Source: Tubiluchus corallicola
Lineage: Eukaryota; Animalia; Priapulida
Direction: 5' to 3'
Length of the DNA stretch: 64,000 bases
Assembly (NCBI GenBank): GCA_030141605.1
Contig: JAQGDQ010000960.1
Location: 11,891 to 75,890, forward strand
Part shown: positions 41,050 to 54,162 of the stretch, piece by piece
How positions within the stretch are numbered: the first letter of the stretch is position 1
How the letters are laid out: each line of letters starts with the position of its first letter
Notes under the pieces: generated by a model
Told to the model about the DNA's origin: nothing
Database searches by the model: none
The model's input: the letters and a program-made list of their open reading frames with translations, nothing else
Program-made: the position numbers and the translations under genes

Positions 41050-42047
41050 CTTACAAAGACAAGTCGTTGCTACAACTGCTAAACTTTCTTCCAGTAAATT
41101 GTTTTCATCGCTTCTCATTTTGTACGGTTTCACATTTATCTCTAAACCTTTAGATTGTTTTTGCTGAGTTTATAGGTGACATCGCATTGTTCAGTACATT
41201 GGTTTTGCTGAGTTTATAGGTGACATCGCATTGTACAGTACACATGCAGTACAAAACATTTGGTACGTAGGAAACTAATGATTTCACTCAGACGTATGGT
41301 TAGTGTTTTTTCTAAGTGCTGAATGCCTGGAACCACAAAACTATGCATTGAGATTAATATAAGGCTTGTCAGACAAAAAAGCAATACAAGTCAATCATAA
41401 GAAAGCATATTCTGTAGCTAACTTAGGAAACGAACTAAGAATCCCAATTATAGAAGCCCCTAAAGACTATTATACATTATTATTCATTTTCAAATATATA
41501 AATAATTTAAGTCTATCTTTACCATCTTTATTATTTTGATATATCAGTTGTAAAACTGTCAGTTTAAAAGCTAGTCATTTGTAACATCTTCAGTAAATTA
41601 TGTTTAAAACAAATAATCTAAGTAATTCTTTCAAATTACGACTAGTCTAAAATCCTGAACATTTAATTTGAAACAAACCAGAACAGATCATCACTTTGGA
41701 AACAATTCAACAACAAAAAAACCGTTCGGCACTGAAATTCACTGACAATCGAAATCAAACGTATTAAATCATTAATCGCATTCAACACCAGATTAAAAGC
41801 ATTGATGATGTCAAGATTTATGACAACGTACACACTAATGCAGAATTCATTTACTCCAGACCACATTAAACGACTTAATTTTGCTGATGGTCAGTTTGTA
41901 GATATGTGAAATATGCAAAGTTTAAGTTTAAAGTTGTTATTTTATTTTTGCACCTCTAGATTAGATTTTGCACCTGTACATTGGATTTTGCAGTGGACAT
42001 ATTTGCCTCCAAGAGTGTATATTTTTAACTATCATTCATTGAGCAAT

Positions 42048-42669
42048 TTAAAGCAAAACCGGACCCAATATTAAACTGTAAGTCAAAACAATCTGGTCTT
42101 TAAAATATTGAAAGGAAACATACTATTTTTTCAAAAATGACTTACATGAAAGAATTATTATCACACAAACACAATTTCACGTTCGCGCCACTAGTTTTTT
42201 GCGGTTACATGCATTTCGCCATTCACTAGCTAGACGGGCACTAGCGCCTGCATTTCGGAAACATATTGCACAAAAACAAATGCTGTACTTCTCAGTTCAG
42301 ATGTGTTAATTTGTGACGAACTAAACACAGTTGACACCATATGCGGTAAATTTGAAATCTTAATTTTGATCTTAAAATTTACCTAGTTTTAGTACAACAC
42401 ACTTAAAATCTTACAGTAGCACTGTACTTCAATTTTCGCTTTCACAAAAACGTACAACACGCACGTTGAATATTTTTGCTGTTGAAAATTATATTAGTGT
42501 GTGATGCTGTCATAAAATGTGATCAATATTTGGGCTCGTCAGCCGTTAATTAAGACTTTAATCTATCATTTAATTATCAGAAATGCTTCTGCAGTACTAA
42601 TTGTATTAAAATGTATACTTTTATCAGACTTGAAAATGGGTTAGTATATGAAAAAACATCCCGTCTTTT
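42048..42669 (+). mobile_element. MITE family B, full copy
   Basis: TTAA|AGCAAAACCGGACCCAA...CCCGTCTTT. Confidence 0.9.
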
Positions 42670-43379
42670 GTTAACATTTTGTTATGATTCTGAATATTAT
42701 TATCACAAATAAAGATAATGCTTACTTACTTTTTTTACTTAAATAGAAAAACCAACGAAACGACAGCATTTTGGACGATGACCCCTCGCATTAGCTTGCT
42801 AAAAAACTTGTTCCCCTTTATGTCGTTCACCAATGAATGTTTCCTCCATAAACATTTTATGTTCGTAATTATTGTTTGAAAGTGGTTTAATTCCTATTAG
42901 TACAGAAGTCGATTCATGCTAACATTTATTAGTTCGATTCTCTGAAATGTTTCGTTTAGATGAATTTACTATGTCTGTAGTGTAGTATCTAGAAGCTTAA
43001 ATTCTACAATTAGTCGTTTTGCTGAGATAGATTAATGAAAAATAAAATTAGTTGAATTAACTACGAATTTATTTTAAAATTCAGTCGTAACCAGATATAA
43101 TGTTACAGTAGAAATAACGAAACTACACGTACTTTTAAAATTCAGTTGTGACCAGATACAATGTTACAGTAGACATAACGAAACTACGTGTACTTGCCAT
43201 TTCGAAACAATAACATGTTAAAATAATAGGATTATTACCTCAGAATAGTAACCCGCTTATATAGTTTAGAGAAAAAGCTATTTTGAAGGCTGCTCACGAG
43301 AAAAACATCATTGTTAATATTATTAACTTTATTGACAAGAGAAAGTAATTTAAACTTTTGTTTAATAATGTTCTGTAAT

Positions 43380-43610
43380 TTTGTTTAATACGAATGCTCT
43401 GATTATTGCTTACACATTATGCTATGTTATCTAAACTTGTTTCAAACGATGCCGAACGGTCATCAAGAGAGTTTAAATTTTGAAGTTTTACACAGCGTTA
43501 CTGCTAATGCAAGCTCTTTATGCAATAAGGCAGTATGTGGGTGATACGAATATGAATATCAATACGAATTTTTTAGCTTGATGAAAGTAAAGGGTTTTCT
43601 TGTCCTTTAA
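43380..43610 (-). mobile_element. MITE family A, diverged partial copy
   Basis: Ends GGGTTTTCTTGTCCT|TTAA, with internal similarity to 46430-46607. Confidence 0.7.
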
Positions 43611-44069
43611 CAACGAGCCCCGAAGTAAGTTGACTATTCTATTAAGATAATCAACCAGTCGAGTAGAAATTTTAAAATGGCAGGCGCATATAATATCGGT
43701 TATATATAAATGTTGTTAAGCTTGAGCAATGCAAGCCTAGATTTTATTACTCCTGAGCTACGCTTTGGCTTCTCTCCCAAATTATATGAAGGACGCACCA
43801 TCTTTAGATACTTTCGAAAGATTTGCTAAAACTTATTTTTTGTATAGCTTAGTGTCAGATATATGTTAGAGTTATGTATCTTGTTAGTTGATTTATTTTG
43901 TAATTAACTTAATTTTATATTTCTTTTAATACATGATAATTATTGTATTGTGTTAGACAATCGTAAATGCACCCTGTTGAAATGTATTTGCATGAGTGAT
44001 ATGTAAATATCTGTATATCTGTATATATTTGTATGTAACTGAGGGCTTCCCCTAGAAAGCAGTGCGAAG

Positions 44070-44468
44070 CAGGGGCGTATTAACCGATAGGCTAACTAGG
44101 GCGCCAAAGTTTGAGGGGCATCACATTTTGAAAAAAATTCTTATTCCCTTCGAAAAATGTGTATTGTTTCATATTCATATTTTATAAGACACCACAAGCA
44201 GTTACTGAAGGAGTTTTTATATAAACACCACGTAACGAACAGGCGCAAGGTATTACACAAGAAGCAATTGCGCAACCTGCTTGAATATAAGTGCTATGCT
44301 AATACATGTAATTAATAACGACAGGAAGAAATTATGTTAATAGTGTTTCTAATACACCATAAGTAGTTGTTCAGCCTGCTCATTACATAAACAACCATAA
44401 ATTCATAATAGAGATGGGCGGGGCAGAACCGTCAGTCTAGGGTGTGTTAAAGTCTTGATACGCCCCTG
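44070..44468 (+). mobile_element. MITE family C (hAT-like)
   Basis: CAGGGGCGTAT...ATACGCCCCTG TIR. Flanking 8-mers gtgcgaag / gtgttaag match at 6 of 8. Confidence 0.9.
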
Positions 44469-45131
44469 GTGTTAAGCGATGAAGGAGCTACCCTCATAAA
44501 ATGTTACTATAAATAAATATATCCTTTCTCGTAAAGATGTAATGTTCCTCTGTTGCTCTCTTTTTGACTTCTCCTACGGTGATGTTCGTCAATGATTGCG
44601 TCACGACACGATCACATGTTTGAGTCGGTTTTAACGAGTCGCATGGCGGTAAACGGTGCTGACACAGCGAATTTAACAAGTTAATTGAGGTCGAGAAGTT
44701 TGTATCAAACTCGTTAGGCCTTGTTTGTACGACTTGCGTTCAAGAGTTTTATAATGTCAACAGTCGTTTCTACTGGCTTTTGTTCGAACGCTGACAACTT
44801 GCAAGGACGTCAGCTTGATTACACCAAGTTTAAAATTTGTTTTACCTCCATGAAAAAGGATATGCTTTAATTTTTTATTAGAAAAAAGTCGAAAGATAAA
44901 GTGAAGTTAATAGAACTAATAATAAATATGTCGATCCTTTTCATACTTGTTTGTCCATTTATTCATTTATCAAAACCACAGACTTGCCCCTGGGCTCAAG
45001 CATCCAACTTGGCGGCACTAGGAGGATAAAAATGATATCTTTTATACCAAAACACTGTTGGCAATACCCTAATTTGTCGACAAAAAACAAAGTATAAGAA
45101 TTTTAATTTGATACATCGACTGCTTTTACAA

Positions 45132-45400
<269 letters not shown>

Positions 45401-45756
45401 TTATTTTTGTTTTATATTTTCTCTTTTGTTTATTGCTTTCAATTATTTTAATCATTTCATTTGAGTAATTAACTAAAATTACATCCAGTGTCATAAATTT
45501 TTTTCTTATTACAATATTAATTTATAAGGGGTGAGTGACTAGATGATCTACGGTCTTTCCTCATCCCATCTCCATGGAAAAGTAATGTTTTTTTTGTAAA
45601 ATGGAATTCGTGACACATTATTGGAGAAAATAAAATGCCTAAATGTCTATGTCTTTGGTGCAGATCGGGCACAGACTGAATCCTCTTCTTAACTCTGAGT
45701 GCTTGAAAGAGAAAACATGGCTTGTGTTCTGGCTTAATTCGTTCAAGACTTGAACA

Positions 45757-46607
45757 TTAAAAGACAAGAAAAGGGGTACCTGAAGTAGGTTTCAGAAAAA
45801 TCGCCGTAAGAAATTATATTACTTTATGGCATTTTTATGTAAATATCGTACTCGCGTTGAAAGGATTTGTTTGGTTTGATTTTAAGTTTCCCTGTTCCGA
45901 TTGCGCCGTTACATGACGTCATATTCGCGGAACGTAAATTAGGAGAAGAAAAGGAAATGTTTAATTATCTCAGACATGTGCGCATGGTCGCTGCAGCACC
46001 ACGGTACCTATACACGTGCCACCCTGTACTTGGCGTCATATACGCACAATGTAAATCAGGGGAAGAAAAGAAAATGTTAAACTATGTCCCAAATAACTTT
46101 CCATGCAAATCTATAGTACTTAGTATTTCGCTTACCTGCTGGAAAGACTCATGTAACTAGAAAGGAAAATTATTATTAAAATGTTTTCAGCAAATTGGTA
46201 AAATGTCGCCCGCTCACCCTCCAGGGTGCACTACCCATTAAACAAAAACGTATTTTTAATCTTATTGACAAGATACAGTAATTTAAAAATTTTTAAATTT
46301 AAAAGTTAGTGGCGTGAGTGCTACGAATGCTGTGATTATTTTTTCGAAATTAACTCGAAATTAAGTGTTTTTTCGAGTTAATTTCGAAATTATTTTTTCG
46401 AAATTAAGTGTTTTTTAAACTGTTTCAATTGACTTATCGTCAAAATGGCTGCATTTAACGGTCATCACGTGAGTTTAAATTTACATGTTTTATACAGCGC
46501 TGTTGCCGATGCAAGTCATGCATGCAAAAAGGCAGTATGTAAGTGACACAAAATGTCAAGACGAATTTTTAAGCATTATGTAAGTTGAGGGTTTTCTTGT
46601 GCTTTGA
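45757..46607 (-). mobile_element. MITE family A, rearranged full copy
   Basis: TTAA|AAGACAAGAAAAGGGG...GGTTTTCTTGTGCT|TTGA, with an internal duplication and a palindrome. Confidence 0.88.
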
Positions 46608-46951
46608 TCAAGAGAACCACAGATTGTTGTTACATACCACACAAAAACAATATTTAGGTATTTTCTTTTCTATCTGAAATTTGGTGATCGTGCTTTCTAG
46701 TTTGCTACATCAAGTCAAAGAACAAACCGTGAGAAGCAATACAGTTTATACACCCGTAATAAGAAGTAACAATACCATTAAATTTTAGCGTTTAATTATA
46801 TCGCTGCACACTACTATAAGTTTTTTTGCTTTGTTAAACTGCTTTTGAGCAGGAAATGCCAATAAAAACTTAAACTAACCGACTTCGTGCAAATCTGTTC
46901 ACTTCCGACAGAACGTCAAGAATCGTCAATCGCTTTGTCTTTTCTGTTTAG

Positions 46952-47098
46952 TTACAAGACAATTGTACGACGTATCAGTGAATGACAAAGACGCCATTAA
47001 GGGAAATACGGCCTTGCTAAAGTGTGAAATACCGACGTTCGTCAAGCCTTATGTAGTAGTCGAATACTGGAAACGAGATACTGAGAAGATAGTGTCAG
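46952..47098 (+). CDS. Dscam: Dscam Ig2 N-terminal half exon (147 nt; equivalent of the fly exon-4 variable exon)
   Basis: tttag|TT...TCA G|GTAAGT. Translates to (V)TRQLYDVSVNDKDAIKGNTALLKCEIPTFVKPYVVVEYWKRDTEKIVS. Not in the ORF track. Confidence 0.95.
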
Positions 47099-47189
47099 GT
47101 AAGTATGCTAGTATGGTCTAGTCATACTCATGTCAATAGTCATTAATATTAAGAAAATGATTGTCAGTTTTCGGCCAAATGAGTAATAC

Positions 47190-47442
47190 ACAAACACCCC
47201 GTCCACCTTGATGATGTAACACACGTTCTCACAAACACTCGCTCACTTAGCCCCTCCCATCTTGATGATGTAACACACATTCTCATAAACACTCGCTCAT
47301 TGATATCAGCACTTAGCCCCGCTCACCTTGATGATGTAACACGTTCTCACAAACACTCGCTCACTTAGCCCCGCCCACCTTGATGATGTAATACATATTC
47401 TCACACACACTCGCTCACTTAGCCCGCCCACCTTGATGACGT
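47190..47442. repeat. ~53-bp tandem repeat, ~4.5 copies, in the Ig2a-Ig2b intron
   Basis: Unit CACCTTGATGATGTAACACACGTTCTCACAAACACTCGCTCACTTAGCCCCGCC. Confidence 0.9.
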
Positions 47443-47661
47443 GAGCAAATATGGCAAAAACAACCATTTCCGTTTTGCCCCAATGAACTCTCCGACGCAC
47501 CGACTCCGCGAACCTATCACGACCACAATGCACAACCTTACAGCACCTTTACCGTAGCTTAGTTAATTGTTCATGTAGACTGAGTAAAAATTTGTTGAAG
47601 GGAAATAATACAATGCAAACCTTAATGACTCTCGTGTTTATGTGTGTTTTTAATGTTTTAG

Positions 47662-47811
47662 GTTCAAAATTTAGCGTCTTTCAGAGTGGAGAGATTCACA
47701 TTAGGGAAGTAAATGAAAATGACGTTCGCTATAGTTACATTTGCTCAACTAAACACATTGTGACGAATCAAAAGGTGGAAAGCAAGAAAGCTGGTAGACT
47801 AAGGTTACGAG
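47662..47811 (+). CDS. Dscam: Dscam Ig2 C-terminal half exon (150 nt)
   Basis: tttag|GT...CGA G|GTAATT. SKFSVFQSGEIHIREV...SYICSTKH...GRL resembles Dscam SGELHIREV...YQCRTKH...GRL. Confidence 0.95.
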
Positions 47812-48013
47812 GTAATTAGAGGAAAGAACTTCAAGGCTCTAATTTTATTTGAAATGGATGTATGCATGTTTCATCATGCTTTCCTAAAAACATGATTCAG
47901 TAAAAGAAAACCTGCAAGGCCTATATAATGCCTGTTTTGTCATATTGCCTACAACAAAGCAAGGAAAACAAGGTAGGCAAAAACAATGCAACAGGGGTAG
48001 ATCTGAACAAAGC

Positions 48014-48840
48014 AGGACGGGACGGGACGGGACGGGCCGGGACGGGACGGGACAGGGCAGGACAGGACTGGTAGGCAGGCAAGATAGAAATGGACTAGAC
48101 GGGACTGAACAGGAGAGGACAGGACCGGACTGGACTGGACAGAGCAGGACAGAGTATGACAAGACAAGCAGACAGGACAGGACAGGACAGGACAGGACAG
48201 GACTGGACAAGACGGGACAGGACAGGACAGGACAGAACGGGACAGGACAGGACTGGACAAGACGGGACAGGACAGGACAGGACAGGACAGGACAGGACAG
48301 GACAGGACAGGACAGGACAGGACAGGACAGGACAGGACAGGACAGGACAGGACATGGCATGACGGGACGGGACGGGACGGGACGGGACGGGACAGGACAG
48401 GACTGGACAAGACGGGACGGGACGGGACGGGACGGGACGGGACGGGACGGGACGGGACGGGACGGGACGGGACGGGACGGGACGGGACGGGACGGGACGG
48501 GACGGGACGGGACAGGACAGGACAGGGCATGACGGGACAGGACAGGACAAGACGGGACAGGGCAGGACAGGACTGGTAGGCAGGCAAGATAGAAATGGAC
48601 TAGACGGGACTGAACAGGAGAGGACAGGACCGGACTGGACTGGACAGAGCAGGACAGAGTAGGACAAAACAGGCAGACAGTACAGGACAGGGCAGGGCAG
48701 GGCAGGGCAGGGCAGGGCAGGGCAGGGCAGGGCAGGGCAGGGCAGGGCAGGGCAGGGCAGTGCAGTGCAGTGCAGTGCAGTGCAGTGCAGTGCAGTGCAG
48801 TGCAGGGCAGGGCAGGACAGGACAGGACAGGGCAGGACAG
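48014..48840. repeat. Pentanucleotide satellite (GGACA/GGACG/GGGCA/GTGCA)n with a duplicated ~110-bp block
   Basis: Direct inspection. The GGTAGGCAGGCAAGATAGAAATGG block occurs at ~48070 and ~48575. Confidence 0.96.
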
Positions 48841-49127
48841 AGTAGAATACAATAACATTACCTATATTTTTGTTACGGGCGCAAAAGTTAAGCAACACTT
48901 ACTCTTGAGTGTGCTTGGAAGCTGCATAGTGGCACAATTGAAGTCGCTAATTAGTCGATTTATTATGTACTGTAGCACAAGTTTTAAAGCATTGCTGTCT
49001 TAAGCATGGACATGTACACAAAAATAGTGTAACTTCCTTCTATCATTTCCTGCAAGACATTAGCTTTTACTATTGACGTTTTACAGCATCTTTTTCTTGT
49101 TTAGTCTTTCAATTATCATTTACTCAA

Positions 49128-49508
49128 TAAGACTTTTCGCAGTTTCATTATGCGCACACGCAGTTGCTGTAGGTCAAAGGTTAAGTGTACCACAGTAACG
49201 CATCTTAACTACAACCGTCACGTGACATGTGTAAAACAAAGCCTTCTACCGCATGAGTTAAGTAACTTCAGTTGTTTTACGTGGACTTTACTCAATTATG
49301 CATTAGTCTGTGTGTAGAGTGATTTACTAGCAGGATCTTGCTTGGTAACAAGAAAAAATAAACTTCTAGCCAGCTGTTAAAACTGTTACTATTACAACAG
49401 CATAGGCTACGAGGCGTTGTCAAGCGTACACAAATGAATTGCCTGGTACTCTTAACCTTTGACCTTTTCACGATCATCACCAATCGCCCAGAAATGTGAA
49501 AAGGCTTA
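49128..49508 (-). mobile_element. MITE family D, ending ~36 nt before the Ig3 exon
   Basis: taAGACTTTTCGCAG...TGTGAAAAGGCTta. Confidence 0.9.
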
Positions 49509-49544
49509 ATAATTAATAACAATTATCATATCTTTTTGTTGTAG

Positions 49545-49835
49545 ATGTTGTCAGCTTGAAGCCAGCTATAGTTGATATAAGACAAAGAATTCAAGTTCAA
49601 GTTGGCGATAGTGTGGAAATTCCTTGTGCAGCTGACGGAGCCCCTGTTCCCAGATATCAATGGCACAGAGGCATTTTCGGCATATCCCAAGCCTTGGAAT
49701 CTTCTGGAAGACTAAGGAAACTCTCAGGAAGCTTGTTTATTACTGACGTCCGTTTGTCGGATGCGGGCAATTATCTATGTGAAGCCACTAATCGCATTGG
49801 TACAGCCAGAGGAACTACTGAATTGGCGGTTATTG
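49545..49835 (+). CDS. Dscam: Dscam Ig3 exon (291 nt, whole domain)
   Basis: gtag|AT...ATT G|GTAAGA. IPCAADGAPVPRYQW...GSLFITDVRLSDAGNYLCEATN. Confidence 0.95.
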
Positions 49836-49915
49836 GTAAGAAATCCACCTGAAGCTTTTATAAAGATTTTTCTAAGTAAAACGTTAAAAAACATCATAGG
49901 TTTGCATATAGATAT

Positions 49916-50458
49916 TTAAAGGAAAGGTCAAGCTTCTTGGAGGTTAGGTTTATTTCAATGTTCACGAAAAATGATAGAAGGATTTAGTAATAAAACTGCA
50001 ATAAGCGCCTCGTGCAATTAGTGAAATCACTTTAAAGTCGCGATCACTTCACGCTTGGGCGCTCCCATTTTCAATGTCAATTCTTCTTCCAATGACGTCA
50101 TTCGTCTTGAAGAAAACTATGGCAATGGCAATCTTCATCAATAGTATAATAAGTTTTTACAAAAAAATTAGATAGTTAATTTTGAAATATTTTTGCGTGA
50201 ACATTAGGTAAGATGCAGAAGTTTGAATTAGTTTAAGCAGCGCGCGCTTACGAAAAGTTACGCACTCTCCCAGTTACGTCATGATTTTCAAGTGAATGGA
50301 AGCAACCACCACGCCTGAAAATTTCTATTCAGAGGTGGTATATTTTAAAATTATGCTTTATAGGCAGTTCTTTGGAAATTTCTTTGTTATATTTTTCTAA
50401 GTTTGTGATAACAGTAAAATAAACACAACATACTGAGTGATTTGTTTTTTTCCGTTAA
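49916..50458 (+). mobile_element. MITE family F (TTAA|AGGAA terminus, Kolobok/T2-like)
   Basis: Reverse-complement homologue at 59178-59943. TTAA at both ends. Confidence 0.85.
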
Positions 50459-50837
50459 TATACATGTATATCTGTAATATTTAGCATAATTTTAAACAAA
50501 ATTTATTGTTTTTCAAAATGAAGAGATTCAACACAGATAAGTACTTAATGAAGACGTGAGTCAAAAAATTACATTCAACTAAGTAAACTGGCTAAACTTA
50601 GTACAAATGAAGTTAAAAAAATAATCGTAGTTTAATGTACTTATAGTGAATTATACTATTGTATCGTATCGTATCGTATCGTATCGTATGTTATCTCTTA
50701 GTATTATAGTAAAGTTGTCGTTAGGTCACAACTAGCAATGCTTCTAATAAGAATTAATTAAGTCAACAACCAACTGTCATACAGAAGTAGGAAATCAATG
50801 ATATTGAAGCACCAAGGGGAAGAATGTGAATTACTAT

Positions 50838-51362
50838 CATAGGCGGATCCAGGAGGGGGCGCAGCGGGGGCGCTTCCACATTTTTGCCCCGACAAAATTT
50901 CAGAATACATCTATGATATTCATGTATGAAGAGTGGCCGGACCAGCTTAGTAAAGTCGCGTGGCAGGACCAGCGTGGCGGGACCAGCTTAGCAAAGTCGC
51001 GTGGCAGGACCAGCGTGGCCAGACCAGCTTAGCAAAGTCGCGTGGCAGGACCAGCGTGGCCAGACCAGCTTAGCAAAGTCGCGTGGCCCGACCAGTTTAG
51101 CAAAGTCGCAGGTAGAAAATTAAACCCTATAAATGTTAATTAGAAATCCAACTTCATGATTCATTCTCAGTAATCAGTCTTACCGATAAACTTCTCGAAA
51201 TTGAAGGAATGATTGGTGTTATGGCCCTGTTTATTTTGAACTCAGATATATTTTCCTGGCCCCCCTCCGCCCTCGGCACCCGCTCGCTTCGCGGTAATAT
51301 GCAAAACATTCCATTCTTTGCCGTTACGGCGCCCACTTCTAGAAATCCTGGATCCGCCCTTG
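50838..51362. mobile_element. TIR element with an internal ~40-bp tandem repeat
   Basis: CATAGGCGGATCCAGGA...TCCTGGATCCGCCCTTG, flanked by ACTAT on both sides. GACCAGCTTAGCAAAGTCGCG repeats at 50940-51110. Confidence 0.8.
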
Positions 51363-51874
51363 ACTATGTTGCCTAAGTGAAGCCATGAACGATTTATTAA
51401 CGATTTACTGCTACTTGTAATCACTTAGCCAAATACTAGCTCTGCACCTTGGTGGTAAAGTTCATGTACAATGCGTGGCGCCAATAAACACCTTGCGTTT
51501 ACATGGTAAGAATATTCTGTTTTTCCTGATCAATATCCTGATAAATGGACTAAGAGCTGCTTATTTTCAATATGAAAACATGTTCTTTGCTCTAGGCGCT
51601 ACTATAATAGCAGTAGACAAGTGTATATAGTCCCAGCTTAAACTTCAAAACACAAACGTCTTGCAAAACAGAGTTGATCAAATCATTAGGCATCTAAAAA
51701 CCCTGTTTTTTTTAAAGTTCAGGCCCACGTTTCCAGAGGTGCTAATGTACGATTAGAATAAAGTTTGTTAATATCGAAATTCTGATTAGTAATGCCGTTT
51801 ATAGAAAACAAGAACGATTAATTTAAAACATGTGCATAGTTATTTTAAAGTTACATGATAATGGTGATGCGAAT

Positions 51875-52233
51875 AAATACAGCTAAATGCTACGTTTTAA
51901 GACAGAGAAAAAGTAGAGATAAAACTGCTACGTTTTAGGCAGAGAAAAAATAGAGCTAAATGCTACATTTTAGGCAGGGAAAAAATACAGTTAAATGTTA
52001 CGTTTTAAGAAGAGAAAAATAGAGCTAAATTCTACGTTTTAAGAAGAGAAAAAATACAGCAAAATGGTACGTTTCAAGTAGAGGAAAATACAGCTAAATG
52101 CTACGTTTCAAGTAGAGAAAAATACAGCTAAATGCTACGTTTCAAGTAGAGAAAAATAGAGACTAAATGCTACGTTTTAGGCAGAGAAAGAGTTAAATGG
52201 TACGTTTTAGGTAGGGAAAAATAGAGCTAAATG
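51875..52233. repeat. ~31-bp degenerate minisatellite (AAATACAGCTAAATGCTACGTTTTAGGCAGAGA-like)
   Basis: Direct inspection, about 11 copies. Confidence 0.9.
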
Positions 52234-52703
52234 TATAAATCATTGGCTACGTTAAGTTAGTTACTACATCAAAATGAGCATGAGTGAAACAATTTACAAA
52301 ATACAAATATAATGACTACATACCGAGAACTGGCTACGTTTTATCCTCGATAATGAGGAGGTGGGGTGACTAGCTAGGAAAATTTTGGCAAGATTACAAC
52401 TATATATATACCTTCTGAGAAGGAAGCCTATATGCAAGTAATTGCACGACTAATTGAGACTTTACAAAGAGTTAAATGTATACTATGAAACAGGTTTGCA
52501 AGCGCAGATCCATGCACCTTTACTCGAGAAACGCCATACTGGCGTTGTTCTCGACAAATTTATTAATTAGTTTGTTAATTCACAAATTTTTAAACAAAAA
52601 AATCTTGTTATACGTCTTATCTTTCCTCAGACAGCATCTCAGAACCCTAATCTGGCTGAACACTTACTTGCAAAGATTTTACATTTTACTAAGTTTGTTT
52701 TAG

Positions 52704-52955
52704 AACCGATAGCCATTACTCTGAAGCCAAAATTGCTCATAGTGGACGTAGGAGAAGTGGCCGTTTTAAACTGTTCTGCAACTGGACAGCCTATAGACAC
52801 CATTGCTTGGTATAAAGATGGTGAAGCTTTACCAGCTGTGACGGAAAACCTGTTAAGAATAGATAAAATCAATAGTTCGGACAGAGGGATGTACCAATGC
52901 TTTGCAAGCAATGATGATAATGTTGTCCAGGGAATTGCCGAATTAGTCTTAGGTG
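52704..52955 (+). CDS. Dscam: Dscam Ig4 exon (252 nt)
   Basis: tttag|AA...GGT G|GTAAGT. NCSATGQPI..IAWYKDG...DRGMYQCFASND...AELVLG. Confidence 0.95.
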
Positions 52956-53083
52956 GTAAGTTTATCTAAGCATTGCTGGAGTAATTAATAGAGATCAGTG
53001 TTACTTTTAATAATCACTTAGTCTGGTTAATTTTTAAGATTTCAGTTACTTCGGGGCTGACGTGCTCTGTTGAACTTTACAGC

Positions 53084-53697
53084 AAAACAGGGCGATTTTT
53101 CATAGCCTGCCTCATTTTGAAGTAAGGTAAAAAGTAAACATAATTATGTTAACACATATAATAACGTCAAAGCGCTTCTGATAATTAAATAATAGGTAAA
53201 AGTCTTAACTGACGGCGGGCGAGCCCAACTAGTGATGACGTAACAAACGAACATGACCTTCAGCAGCACAAACATTCCAAGAGCGTATTGCAGGTGTTTG
53301 CGAAAGCGAAAATTGAAGTATAGCACTACTGTACAAGATTCAATGTAATATACAAAAACTCGGCAAATTTTAAGATAAAAATTGAAATTTTAAATTTGCC
53401 GTTATGCTCACGCATGAGCTCTCGAACGTGTGCATTATGTCACAAACGAATAACCCTGAACTGAGAGGTACCGTACCTGTTTTTCATGCGACATCTTTTC
53501 GAAATTAAGGTGCTAATGCCTGTCTAACTAACGAATGGCGAAATGCATGTAATAGCCGAGAACTAGCCGCGGGAACACGAAATTACCTTCGTGTGGTAAC
53601 AATTCTTTCACGTAAGTCATTCTTTAAAAAACTGTACATTCTTTTCAATATGTTAAAGAGCAGATTGTTTTGACCTACGGTTTAGGATTGGGTCCGT
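53084..53697 (-). mobile_element. MITE family B, diverged copy
   Basis: Homologous along its length to 18400-19027. Confidence 0.85.
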
Positions 53698-53865
53698 TGA
53701 GATCCAGGTATTATTTATAATGATCACTTAGTCTGGCTAATTTTTAAGATTTTAAAACTTCTGGGCTGATGTGGTCTGTTTGCGAGTTCCATTAACTTTG
53801 ACAGAATGGTGTTTAACTAAGATGAAAACTTGCTCCAATAAAAATAATTTCTTTTCACCCAACAG

Positions 53866-54162
53866 TTGCGCCACCTACGTTCGTGTCCGCTTTTGATGAA
53901 ACCATTGTTCAACCCGGAGATAGTATTTCTCTTCACTGCCTGGCTACTGGAAACCCTTCTCCACATATTTCTTGGTCGTTTGAAGACGACGATGTCTTTT
54001 CTCAAGATCGTCTGACAGTGGACAGTCAACCACTTATCAACGCTGATGTTATAAGCCATGTAAATATAACTGATGTGCGCGTAACCGATAGTGGCAAGTA
54101 TTGTTGTAAGGCAGTGAACCAATATGGCGGCGTGGAACATCAGAAGAAGCTTCACGTATATG
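53866..54162 (+). CDS. Dscam: Dscam Ig5 exon (297 nt)
   Basis: acag|TT...TAT G|GTAAGG. APPTFVSAFDETIVQPGDSISLHCLATGNPSP.ISW...DVISHVNI...DSGKYCC...LHVYG. Confidence 0.96.
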
